Part shown: in pieces, positions 29,301 to 42,803 of the stretch
Numbering within the stretch: position 1 is the first letter of the stretch
Layout of the letters: each line of letters begins with the position of its first letter
Assembly (NCBI GenBank): GCA_965153285.1
Contig: OZ229122.1
Origin: Podarcis tiliguerta
Taxonomy: Eukaryota
DNA: 64,000 nucleotides
Strand: one strand, 5' to 3'
Program-made: the position numbers and the translations under genes
Notes under the pieces: model-generated
What the model was told of the DNA's origin: nothing
What the model saw: the letters and a program-made list of their open reading frames with translations, nothing else
Database searches by the model: none

Positions 29301-30994
29301 CCGCACAAAACCTTTCCTGAAACCTTCTGGAATGATGTTCAAGCTACGATGAAAATTGTTGGATGCACACCACAAGAAACACCCCTTATTCTCAGACTCA
29401 TTTTAAATTCCTACCTTAAATTGGTATGTCCCACAGAAATGTGCAATCCCTTGAGGTGGTAATTTTCCCAACTCCCATTTTTTGACCCAGGTCAAGCAGC
29501 AATACAATCCATGAAAGTGGAGGTCTTGAAACTTGTGTGCTTTGTGTTAATGGGCTTGATAAACATGCCATCATTCATTAATTGATCTTCTGAGATGTGA
29601 CATGTACAGAAATCTAGACTGCTGAAGACCTCTTCTTTAAAGGTACTAGCCCCCATGTTTCTAGAGAGATATCTGAAAACAATCCTGGTCCACAGGGTGG
29701 GCAGGGGGAGAGAAACAGACAACTACCATTGCTCAAGGAATACAGTACTGGTTTTCTCATACCCCACTGCTTATAGATACTGCCTCCTAACAGCACTTTC
29801 ATACCATCAAGTACCAAATAATGCTCAATTTACTAAAACTCTGAATTAAATGTGCAACTCCTGAATATTAGCAGAATTGGATTTTTTGATCAGTGTTATA
29901 CTGAATGCTGAATTTTATTTTCCTCTCTGTGGAAAATGGGTTTCTTTGACATTAAATCCTTTTCTGGTTTCCCCTCAGAATACAAAAAGAGCAGGCCCAG
30001 TGGGAAGTGGTCCCTGTAGCTGAAAAGGATGTCAAACTGAACACCATCCAGCATTTAGGACAAGCCATTCATCCTCTTTCCTTCCAAGTGGTCATGTTAA
30101 ACCTCATTACTCTGCAGTATCTTTGTGAAGCACCCCTGCAACCAAATACAGTTCCACCATGTCTTCCTCCTAACCCATTAAAAACACACATACAAAACTT
30201 TTGGTGGCGTGCTACATTAAAATCCAACCCCAGACCACAAGCCAAGGGCAATCATCCCATTTCCCCAAAATTCACTCCTGGTTGCATGCTCAATATTTAC
30301 AACAAAGTTTCAGCCTGAATGATGATTCCTAGGGAAGCCAACAGTAGTCCATCATGTTAACCTACCTTGATAACACCTACATCCCCAATCTTGTCATCAA
30401 ATATTTAAGGGCATAAAAACAGGCCTCTAGGTTTCCTTAAAAGCTGAACAAGACCTAATGGAGAGGAACAGGACTAGGAGCCAGGGGCTCTTAGTTGCAT
30501 AGTCAAGAAATGAGTCTAGCAGTCATAGTGAGATGCAATTGCTAGGTTGCAAAGGAGGTTTTTGGGAGGGATGGGGGTGGTGGTGTCAGCTTTTATTCTC
30601 AATAAAAAGAAGACAAGGATTTGAGGTGGCAGAATGGAAACCCAGGATCCATGTTCTGGTGAACAGAACTCCTGGCTTCTCCAGAAAAGAGAAGTGGGGC
30701 CCAGATGTGGCAGGGGAAAGCTGCGAGTTGCTACTCCTTCATTAAGCCTTTAGAAGAAGAAAATGAGTTCGGGGTGGGGTGGGAGGGCGTGTGCTTCTCA
30801 ACATAGGAGGCATGATTGTTGGGGGAAGGCGGGGGAAGCAGACAGAAAGAAAATCGGATTTCCACAAAATTGGTGCATACAACCTCTTTGTTCTGCAAAC
30901 GTTCACCTTCTGTTATCTTCCCAGCCTCCCCACCACCACCACCAAAACACACATCCCTTCACCTCTCCCCTGTATCAGTACGTTCAGGTCTCAC

Positions 30995-31950
30995 CTGTAA
31001 GTCTCGGCAGCTGCCTTGATACTGTTCCCCTTGCGGCTCCAGCTCCAGGATATTGGGGGTGGGGAGTACACCCCCGACCTCCTCCTCCTCTTCCCCAACT
31101 CCTCCAATCAAGGAAGAGGGTTTAGAGGGAACTGTCACTGGCTCCCCTGGACGAGGGAGGCCTCTGCGTAGGAGACATAGGGCACCTAGAGTATCTCCCT
31201 CTCTCTGGCTTGGCTAGGGAAGAAAGGATCCGCAGAAGCGAAGACGTGCAGGGGGCTCTACTTAAAGGGGAAGGATGGGGGCATCCCTTTGAAAAGGTGA
31301 ATGAGGAGTCTCCCAGCAGACCCAATTCTACGGAGACTCTTCAGGGCGGTGGGGGGGGGGACGAGAAGAGGGAATATCCCAATTTAGAGGAGGGGAAATC
31401 TCTATCAGACAAGAGGCCCTACCGACAGACGACTCTTTGGGAAGCCTATTAAGGGAAGGGAGACGCGGGCTAAGTGGGACGTCGCAGCTCCTGTCATATA
31501 TTTCAGGTGGGGTGAGGTATAAAGGACCCACAGGTAATGGATGCGGAGGGGACTCAGGCTTGCACCTCCGAAGCGGAACGCGCCACCGCCCTCACGGGGA
31601 AAGTGGGGCGGGGGGTCAGGAGGGGCCGGGGCGGGGTGGGCGGACGGGGGCGGGCTGGTCCTCCAGGAGCCCCAGAAATCCTCCAACGTCCAGGGAGCCC
31701 TGCGGGGCGGGGGGCTGGGGGAAGGGAGGGGCTACCTCTCTACGGCAGAGGGTGGGGTCGGTGATGTGGAGTACTGTGGGGATGGGGGGCCTGGCGCTAT
31801 CCGGCCCCCCCTCCCCTCTCTCGCCTCCTCGGGCTCCTCTGCCTTCTCACTCACTCACTCACTCCAGTTGTCCCCAAATCCAAGATGGCGCCCAAGGCAG
31901 GAGCCAGACCGGAACCAAGGCAGAGAGAAGCCTGGGCGCATGCGCAGAGG
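30995..31950 (-). other. TAOK2: Probable non-coding first exon region of TAOK2
   Basis: Lies in the CpG island. Consensus donor CAG|GTGAGA at 30995/30994, with further GTGAGT donors near 31850-31865. The first coding exon has its acceptor at 20913 and only 41 nt of UTR. The TSS is not determined. Confidence 0.55.
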
Positions 31951-33170
31951 CGGCGGCGCGCGGCGGAGGAGAGGGCGCACGCGCAGTGAGCCGTGGGAGG
32001 GAGCCGGGAGAAAGCCGCATGCGCCGCGGACTGGACACGCGCCGAACGCCTTTCCGAAGCCAAGGAACGGCCGCATGCGTAGAGCGGAGCGGAGACGTAG
32101 CGTACGACTTGCGCCTTGGTAAGGGCGTTCTGGAGAGAGAGAGAGAGAGTTAACCGAGCATGAGCTATGAGGAAACAAGGTGTTGCTGAATGAGACAAAG
32201 CGCATGTGCACTAATAAAAGGGAGCGAGCGAGCGAGCCGAGTCGTTCGCGAGGGCCCAGCGTTCATTGGGTTGCTGCGGCGTTGATGGGCGGAACTGTGG
32301 CTTTCCTTGACAATACGAAGAGAGTGCGGGCGGATGTCTGGAACCGGGCCTAGGGGCGAGGAAGCCGCGCCGGGCTTGGAGGAGGCGGGGCTTCGGGAAG
32401 GGCGAGGGCAAACAAGGAGGTCGGCGTTCTGGTTGGCTGAGAGGGGAAAGAGCTGTTCAATGAAAGGAGTCCGATTGGGACGGCACATGCCCTCCAACCA
32501 GTGTTGATTGGGACATACAGTGGAGGCGGGATGTGATTGGTAGCTTGGCGTTGTTGGGGGCGGAGCTTCTGGCGCTCAGCTGTTACTGGGGCAGGATTCC
32601 GAAAAAACAGGCGCGCGCGCGCATAGGAAACAGGCGAAGGGACGACAGCTGTCGAAGGGGAGGGGGAGGAATAAAGGATGCTGTGGGCGACCGTTAAAGT
32701 GTCACTGAACGAGCGCGCGGGCCCTCGCCCGAACCCCTCTGGAGGAGGGCGGGGTCAGGCTCCCCTCACTCGACGGAATGTTCAGGTGCCGCGCGGTCTC
32801 CCTAGTGTGACCTTTCCCTCGCCTTATATGGGAACAGCAGCACCTTGGCACCTGCGCAATTGGGACCAAGGCGAGCGATAACCGCCCTTTCTCAAGGGGG
32901 CGGCGGCGGAATAAATCGTACGCCCTTTTGGCCGTAAATTTAAAACCCCCCAAAACAAGCAAAAATGAAAAGGCGGCAAAATAGAAACACTCCAAAAAAT
33001 CTTCACAAAACCGAAAGGCTCTACCTGCTCTGGAACAACCCCCTCCCCACAGTGTCACGTGATTTGGCCTCGCTTGTTGACTCCGCGGATGCTAATGCAG
33101 CACAGCCTGTACATTGTTAAGCCCGGTGACGTCTCGGACACTGATTGGCTGGGCTGGTGCATTGGCTGGG
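31500..33170. promoter_or_regulatory. TAOK2 CpG-island promoter
   Basis: Dense CpG. YY1-type CAAGATGGCG (about 31881-31890); NRF1 GCGCATGCGC at 31936-31945 with variants near 32015 and 32071; GC boxes; ATTGG (CCAAT) boxes at 32474, 32507, 32536, 33144 and 33161; GTCACGTGAT near 33054; TGACGTC at 33127. Confidence 0.85.
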
Positions 33171-33912
33171 ACAGTTCAGAGCAGATCGTGGTCCACCTTC
33201 TGTGAGGAAAAGGGGGTTGGTTGGTTGGGATTCATTAAAACATCTCAGGGGAATGGTTGAAGATTGTGATGGCCCTGAGAGGAGGTAGAGAAGCTAATGG
33301 ACAGGGAGCCCCAAGGCAAGGAAGCTGAATGAAGGGGCAGAGTGGAGAAAGTGGCTTCTTTTTTCAACGCAGATTTTTTTAAAAAATTAAGATGTTAATG
33401 TATTGTTACAATAGCCCGGTGCCTGCCCTCCCTCCACCCAGCAGTGGCCAGAGCACTTGGGGCCAAAGGCACACACACAGGGTCTGTGTCCCTTTGGAGA
33501 ACAGAAGACACGGTGGAGACTGTTGTGCTTTAAGAAAGAGGGTTTATTCGCCTATTTACACCTTCAGTCTGCCTGAAGGGAGTCCAGATTTTACAGCATG
33601 GTCCACAGCAGTGCAGGAGACTCATCTCCTTCTCCAAGATGGATCTCAGCCTTACTTCCTCCTCCTACCCCCGGGGGACCCCCCCCCCAAAGTTCTATAA
33701 CACCATGTATTTGTTTTTTTATTAAAATATTGTAAGTCACTTTGCGTTCCCATGGCAAAAAAGTAACTAGTTGATTTAATAAATAAGAAAAAGGAGGAGG
33801 AGGAGCCTGGAGGTAGGGGAAGAAAGAGGGAATTGAGACATGAAAGGGCAACAAGGATAAGATGAGTAGAATTTTATGTGGCAGATGGAAGGAGAAATAG
33901 AGTGATTTAGAA

Positions 33913-34218
33913 CAGTGGTTTCCAAACTTCACATCCGTGGTCTACTTGAAAACTGCTTAGCATCTTGGTGGACCACTTAATGGTTTTTCTGCTTGTTTAG
34001 CAACTGTAATACACTGTGCAGTACAATTTTATAGAATTCAAACTGTAATACAATATAATACAATACAACACAGAAGAAATACAATTAAAATCAATATGAG
34101 TATTTAATGCAATGGATATGCCATCTCTTGTTTTCAGTAGCCACAGATCATGCCATGGATCACCTGAATGAAGTGTGTGTGTGTGTGTGTCCCGTGAAGT
34201 GCAGTTTGGGAACCCCTG
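33913..34218. mobile_element. hAT-Charlie-like MITE
   Basis: TIRs CAGTGGTTTCCAAACT / AGTTTGGGAACCCCTG; 8-bp TSD ATTTAGAA / ATCTAGAA. Confidence 0.8.
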
Positions 34219-35742
34219 ATCTAGAAACATGGTAGAGAAAGGAAGGGGAACAAAGTAGGCAGTGGCCTGACAAGCCATGGCCTGAGGAAGCAATGGGTGG
34301 TAGGGTCATGGAGTTGGAAAAGGAGGGCTAGAGACAGGAGGGTCTGGTACTTTACACAGGAAGGAAGGGAGCAGCCAAGGGGGAACTGGGTTGCTATGTG
34401 TAGCCAGAGACATTCTACCAGTTATGGCTTCTGCTGTCACTGCAGCACTGTGAGCCTGGCAAGTAGGGGGCTAGGGACACACAGACTCAGAAGCAGCAGA
34501 GGTGGTGTGACTGAATTTCACACATTAATTTTAAATGGCTGGCCAAATTTTGGTTCAGGCACCTCTAACTGATTCTCCTGTTTGGTAGTGCAGTTTGCTG
34601 AAACCTGGGTTGAATTACCTATCAGTAACCCGTAAGTTGGAATCAATGACATGAAATGAAACCACAATGAAAATTGTGATTTTATGTACAAAAGGATGGC
34701 ATCTCGTGATCCCTTTAACATTGAGAGATTACTGTCATGGTAGAAAGGAATGCCCTGGAAGATCCCTTCCTTTCCAATGGGTGACTCATGTAAAGAGTTA
34801 AGGCGTACCCAGCACTCCGCTAGCATCGCTGTGCCACGATCACTTCTCTGCCAAAGGCAGGGAGTTCAGGTTGAATGCTTCAGGCTCAAAGGAATGAGGC
34901 CTGTAAGCCAGCTCCAGTTAGGAAGTAGGATCCAGAATTGCACACATTTCAGACCCTCCTCCACCTTACATTAGGGTCCGTACAAGGATCTTCTCCTTCT
35001 AACCCTGACTCACCAAAGTCCTTGCCTGTGATTCTTCTGAACTTTTGATGTAAGATGTATTTATTAAAACTGTCTTGATGAGACAGAGATAAGGTAAAGT
35101 CTTTGGGATGGGGTAGGCTATATGTCAGCTTCAGATGCTCTGCTCTTGAACCTTTGGTGGGTATTTGAGATAAAACCTCAGTGGTTATCCCGTAATGGCA
35201 AATGCCCTTCCTGTTGAGATCTGCTGGGCTGCTTTCATTTCACCTTTAAGCAGTCATAGAAGACTCCAGTGAGTTTTTAATATTTCCATTTTAATTACTC
35301 TTCTCTGCTCTTAATCTGAATGTTGTAAGGTGTTTTGTGCATCTTTTGATTAAAAAGTGGGAAATAAATACATAAAACACAAGCAATAAACAAGCAAACC
35401 ATGACACAACTCACACCAGCAAGAAACAACATTGGGTTTCTTATGATCACATTCCCTGACCCTATTGATCAATGATACCATGTTATATAATGGTTTTTAA
35501 TTTAAATTATTTTTTAAAAATGAAACCTGTAGCCAAAGCTCCTAATTCTAACAGAATAACAGAATATTTACTGGCAAAGGCATGGTAATCCCATTTAGGA
35601 TAATGCTACGGGAGTCATTAACCTACTCAACCACACGTGAAGCTCCTCCAGTAACTACCTGAGAAATACTACGATTCAATTTGTGTCACTGGTACAGCCA
35701 CTTACAATACAAAAAACAAATACTCCTATCATTTGTATGTTA

Positions 35743-35748
35743 TTTATT
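35743..35748 (-). terminator. AATAAA poly(A) signal of TMEM219
   Basis: tttatt on the plus strand, about 220 nt downstream of the stop codon. Confidence 0.6.
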
Positions 35749-35967
35749 GCACCATCCGCTCTCATAGGGGTTCATATAGTCACCCCACAGTGAACCAAGA
35801 TAGCAGTTAAACTCTTATTCACAGCTCAGCTGTCACAACAGTACATGGGCTAATTTCAGATCTGAAATATGGTATCGTTGCATGATCCAGGTGCTTGGAG
35901 AAAGCAGGGCAAATGGGCAGGCTACCTGGCTTTGCTGCAGGACAGGTCCGGCATTTGCTGGACCCGC

Positions 35968-37816
35968 TTAGATTTGCCCCCACTTGTCTCTGGGGTTAGG
36001 ATAGCACAGGCCAGCTGCACAACATAGCATGGCACAGAGGCAGAGAAGGAAAGCACTGGTCATCAGGAGCCGCTGGCTGCAGAGGGCACGATCCGCCTGA
36101 GAGTGAAAGGAGTGCAACAGTGAATGCCCCTCCCCTTATAATCCAGCTTGCATCCTGAAGAAACCCAGAATCCCCAGGTCCAGATACTGTCACTGCCCAC
36201 CTTCATCTTACCTGATCCAGCATGCTGGACAGGGCAGGATTAGCCTGGTAATGTGGCTGGTAACAAATTCCTGTCTCTTCTTGATGCATGTCCCATTCCT
36301 CTATCGCACATTTAGGTGGTTGTCTGGGGACAAGATGGGAGTATTGCATTAATGGGTTAAGAACTCCTTGAAACTAAATCTCTTGGCTCACCTGGTCTTG
36401 GGGAGAAGGGATGAAGGTGCAGTGATGCTAAGGCAGTTCTCATGGGAGACTGAGTTCGTTATGATAGTCAGGAAGTGGATTGACTCCTGGGCATCTGGAC
36501 CTGTGGTTGGAGTTGATGGAAGGAAAGGTCAAGGGGAGACGGACACGGAACCAGAGTTCCTGAAATCTTTGGGAGGATGTTGCAATTGGTCAGGAGATCA
36601 CTCACCTTTGAGACCCAGTTTTTCCCCAGTGACTGTCAGACCTAGGCGTGTACCATTGGGAGGATCTGTGCCATTGTGGAGGTCAAAGGTCAAGGCAACC
36701 ATGACAGAGACTGTTGTAGGGGTCTCAGCAGTGGTTGTGGAGGGAGCTGGTGTCAAGGCACTTTCCTGCGTCTTATTTGGGATACAGAACATTAAGTGTG
36801 CCAGAGACTTTAGCAGAGAATTCCAGTCCTTAGAGATGAGGGAGGGAAAAGGAATGAGAATTGACTCTTAGTTGATTCTATTCTCTTGATTGCAATTTTT
36901 TCATTTCCTTCTGCCTTTTAAAGTACCTTTCCAATTTCACCCAATCGTGCCTCTAAAAATTCCCTTTTGCTTTTAACAGCTAGAAAATTGAAAGATGGGA
37001 ACTGTATTTTAAAAGTACCATAAAACATCTCAGAACACCCGGATCGTTGAATATTTCAGATATAGCTGCACCTACTAATTTAAAATTTTGTACTGTAGAA
37101 TATCCTATTCTTTTGCTCGCCACTTCTTCTGATAGTAACCATTCAGGACTATCTTTTCAATGACAGCTTCTTATAGCGTATTTGTAAAAACCAGCAACAC
37201 CCAACCATCTGTAATTCATGAATGTTTAGCTTGGGTCATTATGGTATGATAACAGCAGCCAACACAGGCAACACTATTTTTGAGAGCAAATCAATGCAGC
37301 TGTTCAAATTTGGGTAAATCTCTCAAGTCTGTTAGAAAATGGAAATAAATGAAAACAATTGCCAAAAGATAAATCACACAAGTCTGCCTCTACAATGAAC
37401 ACCCAACATACCCGTCACAGCCCAGAATTGTTAGGGACAGTCTGTGCATTCCATCCGAGAAGATACCCAACCATCCTGAAAGTTTCAGTCAGAGAACCAT
37501 TCAGTTGCTGAGCCTAAACAGTTAGTAAGAGACCAAGACGGCAGAGCACCCACCACTGCCTCCTAAAGTCTCTCATGCGTGCTTTACAACCACAACCCAA
37601 TTCCATCCCCAGCATTTTGGTCTGATTTTCTACTTAAGGTGATCATCTCTAGCTCACCTCTTTGACATCGGGATTCTGAACATCATGTGACTGGATGTAG
37701 GCAGCAAAACCAACAAAGGCAACAGCCAACGAAAGGAGGCAAAAGAAGAAGGTGACCAGAGGTGGGTGTCGCTCCAGGCAGACACGCAGGGAGCCCAGCA
37801 GGGAGCAGGTGACCAT
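35968..37816 (-). CDS. TMEM219: TMEM219 (IGFBP-3 receptor), 243 aa, 5 coding exons
   Basis: Exons 37658-37816 (MVTCSLLGSLRVCLERHPPLVTFFFCLLSLAVAFVGFAAYIQSHDVQNPDVKE), 36606-36828 (DWNSLLKSLAHLMFCIPN...GEKLGLKG), 36392-36500, 36212-36323 (QPPKC...) and 35968-36096 (ADRALCSQRLLMTSAFLLCLCAMLCC...QI*). All are GT-AG and in frame. Two-TM TMEM219/TMEM248 architecture, syntenic between KCTD13 and TAOK2. Confidence 0.9.
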
Positions 37817-40800
37817 GGTCAGCCCTAGGAATGAGGGTAAGAAGGTTGCAGTGTCATCCCAGCACTAGAAGAAGCTGAAACGTCTGCTGGAACAGCCAGA
37901 ATCAAGGGAAACGAAAAGGCTGGCAGTCTGCTACCTAGTCCCCTTTGCATTTTGTGTGGTACAATCACGAGCTTTGCTTTATTAAATAAATAAATTTTAA
38001 AAAGTCAAATCGTGTCCTAGAAATGTGAATGGAAGATACTCATTCAATCTCATAAATTGCTCAGAGATTATTTAAATATTTAGTGTGCATGCGGTCTGGT
38101 TGTCTAAACTTACTGAAAATAAAGTGGGAATTGGTTTCCTTGAGATTGCCCCTGCCTCAAGATCGCCACGTAAATGGAAAGGTGATATACTGCAACTTTG
38201 TATTCATTTTTTATGTGCTTTCCAAAAATACCTGAAGACATTTTGTTTCAACAAACATTTCCATCTGGATGAAAAGGTCTCCATCTTGTCTTGCTTTTAA
38301 AAGTATGTTAGTTGCTTATATTGTGATTCAGATTGAGACATGGGAAAGGCAATTCAAAAATTAATAAAATGAATATATTTTGACTGTGGGGTGTTTTTAG
38401 ACAAGTAACCACTGCCCATGTGTATCTTGACATAGTAAGGCTCTCAGGGAGGACTGCACTACATACACCTCATTGTTTAAATTAGCTGTAAATCTATGCA
38501 TGGGGGGGGGGGACTTAGAAGTGCCAACTTCTGAAGTTAGCAACCACTAGATTCTTGATCATCGCAACTGGCTGGATGACTGCTTGTATGAAAGAATGTC
38601 GTACTCAAGGATATACAGGTACTTGACAGGTTTTCCTACTTCTCTATATTTCTGATGAAGGTGGCAAATTTCAACACAGTTACGGTAAGTTGGAAAGAAA
38701 GAGCTGGAATTATAGGTGAAAGTCGGATATTTGCAACCCAGAGTTGCTTCATCTGCTCCACCCAACATGGCAATCTCATCATTGCCAAGTCTTCTCGCAG
38801 TGTGGTGTTATTTGTTGGGGATGAGGAAGGGGAAAAACTTTATAAGGAGGTTATTTTTAACAATCTCTGTCAAATCTTAAAATATAATGTGCCACATGAT
38901 GTACTGTTGTTGATCACATTGTTTTTCCTTTGTTTAAATAAAGTTTTTTTTTAAAAAAAGGAATATGGGGATGCTGATCTTTGTGTGTGTCCTCAAAATT
39001 CAACAAAAGAGAGAACCCCCCACAAAATGAATAAGCAGCATAAACTGAACACCACATTTGTTTGATTTCTTAAGTTTTGTTACATAAGGCTTCCCTCCTT
39101 TGAGTCTTCTGGTCTTGTGAGACAGTTTCTCCCCATATTTCTCAAGAACTGCATGTGAATGCGTAGTTTCATGGTAGACTTGTTTTGTGCTGTATATCCC
39201 ACAAATGTTGGTGTGTTTACATCACACAAACAACTTGCTAGCAGTTACTGCAGTGAACTGCTAGCAAGATCATTGTTCAGCATGTGATTGATCTCCTGTA
39301 CCTGGGAATGTCACCTGCAGGGAACTGTATGTGAGGACAGGGCTCAGATCCTGCTTGCAGACGTCCGACAGGCTAGGCATTTGGCTGGCTACTATGACAA
39401 CTGGATGGGCCATTGGCCTGATCCAGGAGACCCTTCATACATTCTTAACATACAGATTAGCCCTTGCCTATGCCCACACGATCATCATGAGCACCTTTTA
39501 AGTCCACAAATGGTTCCCTGCCACACTGCAAGATGTGGTGATGGGCACTAGCATATATGGATTAAACACACTTTCATGGAGAATGAATGTGTTTTACCAT
39601 TAGCTGTTAATCATGACAAGTGGAACCTGCAACAAAAAGTTGTAGTATGGAGGCTCCTATTTGGAATTCCTGCCAGCCAGCCATGCCCTTTCCCTGGATA
39701 TTCCATTTTCCCTCCTCCTGCTTGTCCATTCCTCCCTCCATTCAACTGAGAGTCAATTTTCTATAGCCACTGAGCATGTTCAGTTCTTCCTGAATAACTC
39801 TTCCATGTGCACTCATCACGCACTTTTAGCTGCACAAGGATCCACACTTGGGAGAATGAATTTGCTATTAGTGTAAGGGAAGTCTACATACAAACTCCAA
39901 ATTTAAGACATAGCATGCCTGATAATACTGTCACTAGGGAGTAATAACACGTGACAGCTATTGCTTCTATGCCTGTTTATGAGCTTCCCAGAAGTGTATA
40001 CTTTACCACTGTAGGAAAGGGGATACCAGACTAGATGGACCTTTCGCCTGATTCAGCAAAGCTGTTGATGTTCTCCAACACTGAAAGTTCTGCTAATGCC
40101 ATTTTGTCTGGTGATCCTCACAACCAACTTCTCCAACACCCTCCTAAGTGTCCCAAGGTAACTGCTAAATACAGAACAATCAACTTATACACTTTCAAAA
40201 ATAGAGTGCTGGACAACTGAGGGACACTTAGTCCTTTTTGATTTCTCACATCCCACTATGATCCACATAGCAGCCACCATGTCCTCAAAAGGCTAAGACA
40301 ATCTCCTTCCCCCCACCCCACTGTTTCATATCCACCTCCTAGCATCTTTCTTCTAAATCGCAGATTAAATGAAAAGGCATTGGCTGGAGGAGAGTTTAAG
40401 GCCGCCTAGAAGCCCTGATCTTAGATATGTATTGCTTGATTGAGATTGTGGTGCTGCTGGGGAGCAATAGTTGTGGTTTTTCTGGATTGCTTCTTATATT
40501 ACACAACACACAGGAGGCACGTCCTCTGTAAGAAACAACACGGTAAGCACATAAAGATTATCACATGTGGCAAGTACCCTCTTCAAAGCCTGTTTATGCA
40601 GCAACAATTCTACATATGCGATTGTTGCCCACCATTTTCTAATGTGGTTTGTACATTTCCAGCACTTGTAACAGGGGAAGTAGCCTTCAGTGGTGAGGGA
40701 GAGGATTGTCTCCAGTGGTAGCTGTACTCAGAACAGACCCAAAGAACTGAATGGACAAGACTACTGTATCTAAGGTTCAATACTCCTTTAGAGTAGAACT

Positions 40801-40965
40801 TAGCTGGATGCAACCCAAAGACTCTCTTGAGCAACCTTTGTGCTCTAGTGCTAAGCTTAGGTGAGTTCTGCTACAAATTCAATCCTGGCGACACTAAGAA
40901 AGACTGCTGCCTATGGAAGCAAAGGAAATGCAACAAATCCTCTTTTTACTTTGAAGTGGAGGAAC

Positions 40966-40966
<1 letters not shown>

Positions 40967-41000
<34 letters not shown>

Positions 41001-41398
41001 TTATTATTTATACCCCGCCCATCTGGCTGGGTTTCCCCAGCCACCCTGGGCAGCTTCCAACAAAGTATTAAAATACAGTGGTCTGTTAAACATTAAAAGC
41101 TTCCCTAAACAGGGCTGCCTTCAGATGTCTTCTAAAAGTCTGATACTTGTTGTTCTCTTTGACATCTGGTGGGAGGGCGTTCCATAGGGCGGGCGCCACT
41201 ACCGAGAAGGCCCTCTGCCTGGTTCCCTGTAACTTGGCTTCTCGCAGTGAGGGAACCGCCAGAAGGCCCTCAGAGCTGGACCTCAGTGTCTGGGCTGAAC
41301 GATGGGGGTGGAGACGCTCCTTCAGGTATACTCGACCGAGGCTGTTTAGGGCTTTAAAGGTCAGCACCAACACTTTGAATTGTGCTCGGAAACGTACT
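40967..41398 (-). mobile_element. L2 LINE 3' fragment with adjacent (AAT)n microsatellite tail
   Basis: ORF2 C-terminus FRAQFKVLVLTFKALN...RAFSVVAPALWNALP...FRRHLKAALF; (AAT)n at about 40967-41000. Confidence 0.88.
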
Positions 41399-42648
41399 GT
41401 TTCCGAACACATGCTACAGTTTTTGCTTAAAGCCATTTTGTTAAAATGATCCTACTAACTGTTCAACGTTGTAGTTGTGGCAAATGGCACGTAATTGTCA
41501 AAAGCTACTTTCTACACATTCTGTGTGTCTGCACAATATTGCATTGTGAAAGAAAGGATCAGCAGAACATGTCTGCAACCAAAGTACACTGGTTACTGCT
41601 TTGCACTATCGCTTCAGGAGTCTCCCCTTGAAGACCATCCCTAGCAATTAGCAAACAGGGCATTAAGCACAATGACCATCATCATGAATGCATTTATTCT
41701 TTGTTTGGCTTCCCTGTCAATTGAAAAAAATATACTTTCCTAGAAAAATCTTAAATATGGAAGGACAAGTGTTTCTGTTGTTTCCTTTCGTAAAACAGCT
41801 CAGTGATTTATTAATTTTTAAGAGCAGGAGTGAACCATGAGTGCGGGTGCTTCCTCTCTCTTCTCACGCGCCCCATAGGAGGGGAAGATTCCCAGTTTGT
41901 TAAATCAGCTCCACTTGACATCTGAACTGAGAAACAGTGGTTTCAATGTTACTGACATTTCTGGTTTGCAAGCCAGGATAAAACCATGTCTGCCCAGATA
42001 TGGAAAGTGGGAGTTATCAGATGCATTCAGACACTCATATCTTATTAGTAATATCTTATTAGACTTATTAGAAAAATGCATAAGCTTTCCCCCCCTGAAC
42101 ACAGCCTCTTCACTTCCCCCTGAAAGCTGCAATTAAACCAGTTAAGCCAGCAGTGTAGATTTCCCTTAAAAAATAGCCATTTTTGCAATTTTGCAAAAAA
42201 AAAATAACAAAAAAAAATACCACAACTTAGTGTTTTCACTTTTTGAAATATGGCAACCCTACCAAACCAGGAAATTATGATTAGAAGATTCCTGGTTTTA
42301 GTGTGAAGAAAAGTATTGTTCGTATCTTAGCTTAATCAGACTGTCTAAACTTTTTCATTATGTGGATCCATGGTTACTGGTTCATATAAATCTCATGTCA
42401 GCCATTCCGCTTGAAATCCATGTGTTTCATCTTAAAAATCCCTGGGTCTCCAGATGAACCCGCAACACTGAAAGAGCTTTTGGATGACACCCAGAAGACG
42501 ATACCTTCATGTAGCAAAGTAGAATAAAACCTGCATTTCGTATTGGAGAGGCTGGAGTAGCAGGCATCTTCATGATCTTTGTTGATTTCCCCCCACTAGC
42601 ATCTGGATACTGGACTAGCCAACTGAAACATCTTGAAATATTTCTGGG

Positions 42649-42803
42649 CATAGCTGTCAACCTTCCCTTTTTTTGCGGGAAACTCCCTTATTCCAGCGCT
42701 GTTTCCCGCTGCTATTCCGGATTGTTAGATATCCTGTAGACTGTCCCCGGGACAGGTGAGGCTGCTGATCCCTTATTTTCAAATCTGAAAGTTGACAGCT
42801 ATG
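42649..42803. mobile_element. 155-bp hAT MITE with perfect 8-bp TSD
   Basis: TIR CATAGCTGTCAAC(C/T)TTC at both ends; TSD TTTCTGGG at 42641-42648 and 42804-42811. Confidence 0.93.

Noticed and set aside
31437-32497. Long ORFs (238, 193, 118 aa) in the TAOK2 CpG island
   Set aside because: Low-complexity Gly/Arg/Ala translations caused by GC richness; no family similarity.
41086-41436. 116-aa ORF (also 8966-9154 and 63211-63744)
   Set aside because: C-terminal remnants of L2 LINE ORF2, 5'-truncated; not host genes.
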